DNA from: Pseudomonadota bacterium
GTDB lineage: Bacteria > Bdellovibrionota > FAC87 > UBA2466
Reading direction: 5' to 3'
DNA: 10,269 nt
Assembly (NCBI GenBank): GCA_043718025.1
Contig: JAYSWN010000118.1
Location: forward strand, 1-10,269
Shown: piece after piece, positions 7,253-10,269 of the stretch
Position numbering within the stretch: position 1 is the stretch's first letter
Layout: every line of letters starts with the position of its first letter
Notes under the pieces: model-generated
Told to the model about the DNA's origin: nothing
The model's input: the letters and a program-made list of their open reading frames with translations, nothing else
Databases searched by the model: none
Translations under genes and position numbers: made by a program

Positions 7253-7759
7253 TTATTCGTGGGTGCTCATTTCATCTTTGCCGTCAGCAACGTGGCTTAC
7301 GCTAAGGGTTCCGTCGGGCTCGAGCACCGCCGTTTGGATATCGGCAAAGTGGTGAATGCCTTGTTTGCGCAGTAGAACCTTTAATTCGTTGTGGGTAATT
7401 CGTTCTTCTTTCATGTGTTTTTCGACGATTTTTCCGCGATGAACCAGCAGCGTCGGCGTGCCTTCAAAAATGAGTCGGGCCCGGCGGCTACGAAAGGTGA
7501 ACATTGAAATGAGCCAACTCAAAAAGATCAAGGCGGCAGCTAGGATGAGGCCGCCAAGCAGAGAGTTGTCACCGCCATTCATTGAGTTCTGTACTGCGTT
7601 ACTGATGAGCAAAATCGCCACGAATTCTGTGGCCGACATCTGTGCCATCTGCCTTTTGCCGCTGATTCTGAGCAAAATGATCACACTCAAAAAGACGACT
7701 GTTCCTCGAATAATGAGATTCAGGGGGGAAAGCGAAAGGCTGGTTAGGTTGTGCCACAT
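7253..7759 (-). CDS. DUF421 / YetF-family membrane protein
   Basis: 168 aa with LLRISGKRQMAQMSATEFVAILLISNAVQN, three TM segments, LIFEGTPTLLVHRGKI, and C-terminal LRKQGI...AVLEPDGTLSV, all typical of DUF421. Confidence 0.92.
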   Translation of the reverse strand: MWHNLTSLSLSPLNLIIRGTVVFLSVIILLRISGKRQMAQMSATEFVAILLISNAVQNSMNGGDNSLLGGLILAAALIFLSWLISMFTFRSRRARLIFEGTPTLLVHRGKIVEKHMKEERITHNELKVLLRKQGIHHFADIQTAVLEPDGTLSVSHVADGKDEMSTHE

Positions 7760-8053
7760 AATTGGTGAGATTAGCCCCCGCGTCTGGGGCGGGCAATATG
7801 GTGGTTAAACTCTCCTCTGCCACGGCCGTTGGTTGGGCATAGGGGTTTAAGTTGGTTTGGCCCCTCTGGAGCTTACCGTCAGGCTGCACACTGTGAAGAA
7901 GACAGCACATTCGGCGTGAGTTCAAATCACTACCAATTTATGGGTTAAAGCATTGAAATCTATTGAGTTTAGGCTTGGCGGCGGACGGCCAACAGTTCTT
8001 CCACACTCTTCACATATATTGAAGATACTTAACAACTTACTCACTTATTACCA

Positions 8054-8329
8054 ATGCGAAACGTCGGCCTATTCATTCTACTTTTTACGCTACAAATCAC
8101 TCCGGTGAGGGCATCCGTTTTTGGTGGCGAGCAAATTAGGATGGCTTCGGCGGCCAGCGCGTTGCCAAAAAATTCCACCGTCATTGAGCGATCGAACGAA
8201 TGCAATTCCAGTTGCCTTAAAGGAAAGATCCACGTCACCTGCACCGAAGATAAATCAGCCGATTGTTCCTGCCAGAATGAGTATCCTGTTTTCAAATGCG
8301 AAAAGGTTTCGCTGAACGCCGTACATTAA
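8054..8329 (+). CDS. Small secreted cysteine-rich protein (6 Cys), unknown function
   Basis: 91 aa with a signal-peptide-like N-terminus (MRNVGLFILLFTLQITPVRA/S). All six Cys cluster in the C-terminal 42 aa as C-x3-C-x8-C-x7-C-x-C-x8-C. It fills an otherwise empty gap in the same orientation as the downstream genes. Confidence 0.65.
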   Translation: MRNVGLFILLFTLQITPVRASVFGGEQIRMASAASALPKNSTVIERSNECNSSCLKGKIHVTCTEDKSADCSCQNEYPVFKCEKVSLNAVH

Positions 8330-8433
8330 TTTCTCAACCCCAAAATCCCCCTTTTTCAATTGAGCAACTCATTGCAGTTGAGCGCAATCGCCGTTTGGGT
8401 TAGCTAGGTCAGGCTCACGGGAGGTGCGGTTTG

Positions 8434-9285
8434 ATGAGATGGTGGTGTTTCTTAGTTTTTATTCATATTGCTGGATGTTTACCGGCTTTTGGCAAAGCCG
8501 ATGAAGTGGTTAAGAAAGTCATTCGCACACTGCAAACGGCGAAGCTAAAACTGCCCACTACGTTTTTGGATTATGAGTTGGCCGAGGGCGTGGCCGGCTG
8601 CTCACAGATTTTGGTGATGGCGGGCGTTCGAGCGCCAGAACACTTGATACCCAAATTGGTTTTAGAACGGTCGGTAGATGCCGCTGCCGATAAATTAGAT
8701 GGCCTTTTTGAAGAGGTTGCCCACCATTTTCCCAAAAAAGTTGCTTCGATAATGAGGTCGATTTACCTGGCTAAGGGGTTCGTTAAATTCGATCTGGAGT
8801 CAACGGAGAGCTTTTGGCAGGCACGAAGAGAAGTTACGGATTCGGAAAGCAAAATTGCGCTCACCTCGCTTTCATTGCGTCGGGGCTTTGCCACGAGCAA
8901 AGTGGTTCGACGTCTGATCCTACTCACCCAGGCTATACGCACGGGCTTTTTTTTACTCGACCTCAGTGAAGCTGATTCCACTCAAGTGAATGACGTTACC
9001 CTCGGTGACAATGCGCAGGCCGTAGATATTTTGTGGTCGCAAATGCACACGATAGCCTTGGAGCACACCATTTACGCTCTGGTGCCCGGCATCCATCTTG
9101 ATGCCGATATGCAGCTCAACGTGCCTGACCCCCTTTTGGCCGCCCAATTATTTACTGATCGCAAAATGATTGCCCGTCCAGGTTTGCGCGAAGTTCTGTC
9201 GGATTATTTTGGCCCAAAATTTTTTGCTTCCGTTGAGGATATTGATGCGGAAATTGATGGGTTTATGGAAATTTGGGAGCCTTAA
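8434..9285 (+). CDS. Hypothetical exported protein (signal peptide or lipoprotein), no recognised domain
   Basis: About 283-aa ORF with a strong RBS, GGAGGT at 8420-8425, 8 nt before ATG 8434 (alternative start TTG 8431). The N-terminus MRWWCFLVFIHIAGCLPAFG could be cleaved by SPI (AFG/K) or contain a lipobox (IAG/C). Confidence 0.8.
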   Translation: MRWWCFLVFIHIAGCLPAFGKADEVVKKVIRTLQTAKLKLPTTFLDYELAEGVAGCSQILVMAGVRAPEHLIPKLVLERSVDAAADKLDGLFEEVAHHFPKKVASIMRSIYLAKGFVKFDLESTESFWQARREVTDSESKIALTSLSLRRGFATSKVVRRLILLTQAIRTGFFLLDLSEADSTQVNDVTLGDNAQAVDILWSQMHTIALEHTIYALVPGIHLDADMQLNVPDPLLAAQLFTDRKMIARPGLREVLSDYFGPKFFASVEDIDAEIDGFMEIWEP

Positions 9286-9357
9286 AGTGCCGTTTTTTGG
9301 CACGCTAACTCGTTGTAGTTGAAGATAGAGAGAAGCGGTGATAGGGGCATTTTTCCA

Positions 9358-9386
9358 TTGTTTGGCTTGCGGGTTTTCGCTATACC
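9358..9386 (+). promoter_or_regulatory. Possible sigma70 promoter for the 9436 gene
   Basis: TTGTTT (9358-9363), a 17-nt spacer, then TATACC (9381-9386), about 50 nt upstream of ATG 9436. Weak match to consensus. Confidence 0.25.
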
Positions 9387-9435
9387 TCGTTCCTGTCGTA
9401 AGTAAACGGGTTGGGCGTATAGGGAAGTAAAAAAC

Positions 9436-10128
9436 ATGCGCTCTTTGCTAAATTTCATGATCCTTGGTCTTTGCCTCTTCAACGCCGAAGCTCTGCGGGC
9501 CCAAGAAGGCAAGGCAAGCGTAAAATTACCGGTGCCCCCTCCGCCTAAGCCTGGTTTGACCGTAGAAACTCCGGCCGTTTTACCCGTTCCCGCTGCGGCC
9601 GCGACCGTAACTCAGAAGGGCTACCCGCTTCCCGCCGTTGCCGCCGTTCCCGCGGTTGCCGCGGTTGAAACTGCAATACCGGTTTCCCACTTGGTTTCCA
9701 ATGCGGACGAGTTTGTTGTGATCCATGAACGTATGGTAACGCAGTTGGGGTATCCACGGGCCGTCGGTCATTCGGCAGGCATCGCTAAGATGGTGAATTG
9801 TTTATTCAACAATACCGCCGAGCAAAAAGCTGATTTTCTGGACCAGTTCATTCAAAATTTGTCTTTCGGTACCGAGAATAATCTTCGCCGCTCATTGGTT
9901 TTAAATGAGGCCCGACTGGTGGGTAACGACATTCGCAACTCTCCTCAAGCGGCACGATTGGCGGCGATTCTGGCCTGCAAAATGGGCGACCGTCCCTTTG
10001 AAACTTTGATTGCAGATTTCGACGCCGCGGTTATTGAACTTTCATTCAAAATGGAAAAAGTAACCAGCGGAAAAGGCCGAAACCCCGCGTTCTTTCAGCT
10101 CATCACCGTCGCTGAGTTAATGAATTAG
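9436..10128 (+). CDS. Hypothetical secreted protein with Pro/Ala/Val-rich N-terminal linker
   Basis: 230 aa with a signal peptide (MRSLLNFMILGLCLFNAEALRA/Q). A low-complexity region follows (PVPPPPKPG...PAVAAVPAVAAV), then a roughly 140-aa helical-looking domain with two Cys. AGGGAAG lies upstream as an RBS-like sequence. Confidence 0.8.
   Translation: MRSLLNFMILGLCLFNAEALRAQEGKASVKLPVPPPPKPGLTVETPAVLPVPAAAATVTQKGYPLPAVAAVPAVAAVETAIPVSHLVSNADEFVVIHERMVTQLGYPRAVGHSAGIAKMVNCLFNNTAEQKADFLDQFIQNLSFGTENNLRRSLVLNEARLVGNDIRNSPQAARLAAILACKMGDRPFETLIADFDAAVIELSFKMEKVTSGKGRNPAFFQLITVAELMN
9631..9666 (+). repeat. Intragenic tandem repeat, 2 x 18 nt (4 x 9 nt), encoding PAVAAV-PAVAAV
   Basis: CCCGCCGTTGCCGCCGTT followed by CCCGCGGTTGCCGCGGTT (16/18 identical). 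Confidence 0.8.
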
Positions 10129-10149
10129 TAGAAAAAGAGCCCCTAACTA

Positions 10150-10260
10150 GTTCCTGTCGGGAAATGAAAACATCCGCCCGAAGGGCGGTCCTAAATTTCT
10201 TCCCGACCGGAACGTGTCCTGAGGCGCAGCCGAAGGATCTCGTTGTACCCGGCAGAGCCG
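10150..10260. repeat. Nested inverted-repeat / REP- or MITE-like structured element (may also act as a terminator)
   Basis: Arms GTTCCTGTCGGGAA (10150-10163) and TTCCCGACCGGAAC (10200-10213) are 13/14 complementary and enclose the hairpin CCGCCC-GAA-GGGCGG (10174-10188). Next come TCCT-GA-GGC-GCA-GCC-GA-AGGA (10217-10237) and CGGC-AGA-GCCG (10250-10260). Confidence 0.65.
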
Positions 10261-10269
10261 TTCTTGAGG

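Noticed and set aside
5773..7808. Plus-strand ORFs opposite hss and DUF421
   Set aside because: Antisense shadows of well-conserved genes.
7599..7925. 108-aa minus-strand ORF upstream of and overlapping DUF421
   Set aside because: Overlaps DUF421 by about 160 nt in another frame, has a non-ATG start and no recognisable features.
8041..8315. ORFs 8041-8295 (-) and 8121-8315 (+)
   Set aside because: They compete with the 8054-8329 ORF, which has a signal peptide and an even, clustered Cys pattern.
9287..9312. GTGCC-N7-GGCAC hairpin as a terminator, and TGGCACG as a sigma54 -24 box
   Set aside because: The stem is only 5 bp with no following U-tract, and the -12 TTGC element is absent at the required spacing.
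10129..10269. CRISPR repeat, tRNA or transposase end at the right edge
   Set aside because: No direct repeat-spacer periodicity, no cloverleaf or T-loop consensus, and no transposase ORF visible within the window.

Overview
A gene-dense bacterial window of roughly 50% GC, by eye. The gene content and orphan secreted proteins suggest a Bdellovibrionota/Myxococcota-like organism, but that is only an inference. Left part: a minus-strand three-gene run of a DedA/VTT (YqaA-like) membrane protein, a secreted START/SRPBCC-like protein and an MMPL/RND-family transporter. The transporter runs off the left edge and is absent from the supplied ORF track. A ferritin-like di-iron carboxylate protein is transcribed divergently from this run. 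Together these look like a candidate lipid modification and trafficking module. Middle part, minus strand: a DUF421/YetF membrane protein, homospermidine synthase (hss) and an orphan PotD-like polyamine-binding protein. Right part, plus strand: three unassignable secreted proteins, one a small 6-Cys protein with a CxxxC...CxC pattern. The window ends in a nested hairpin, REP/MITE-like element. No rRNA, tRNA, CRISPR array or transposase was seen.
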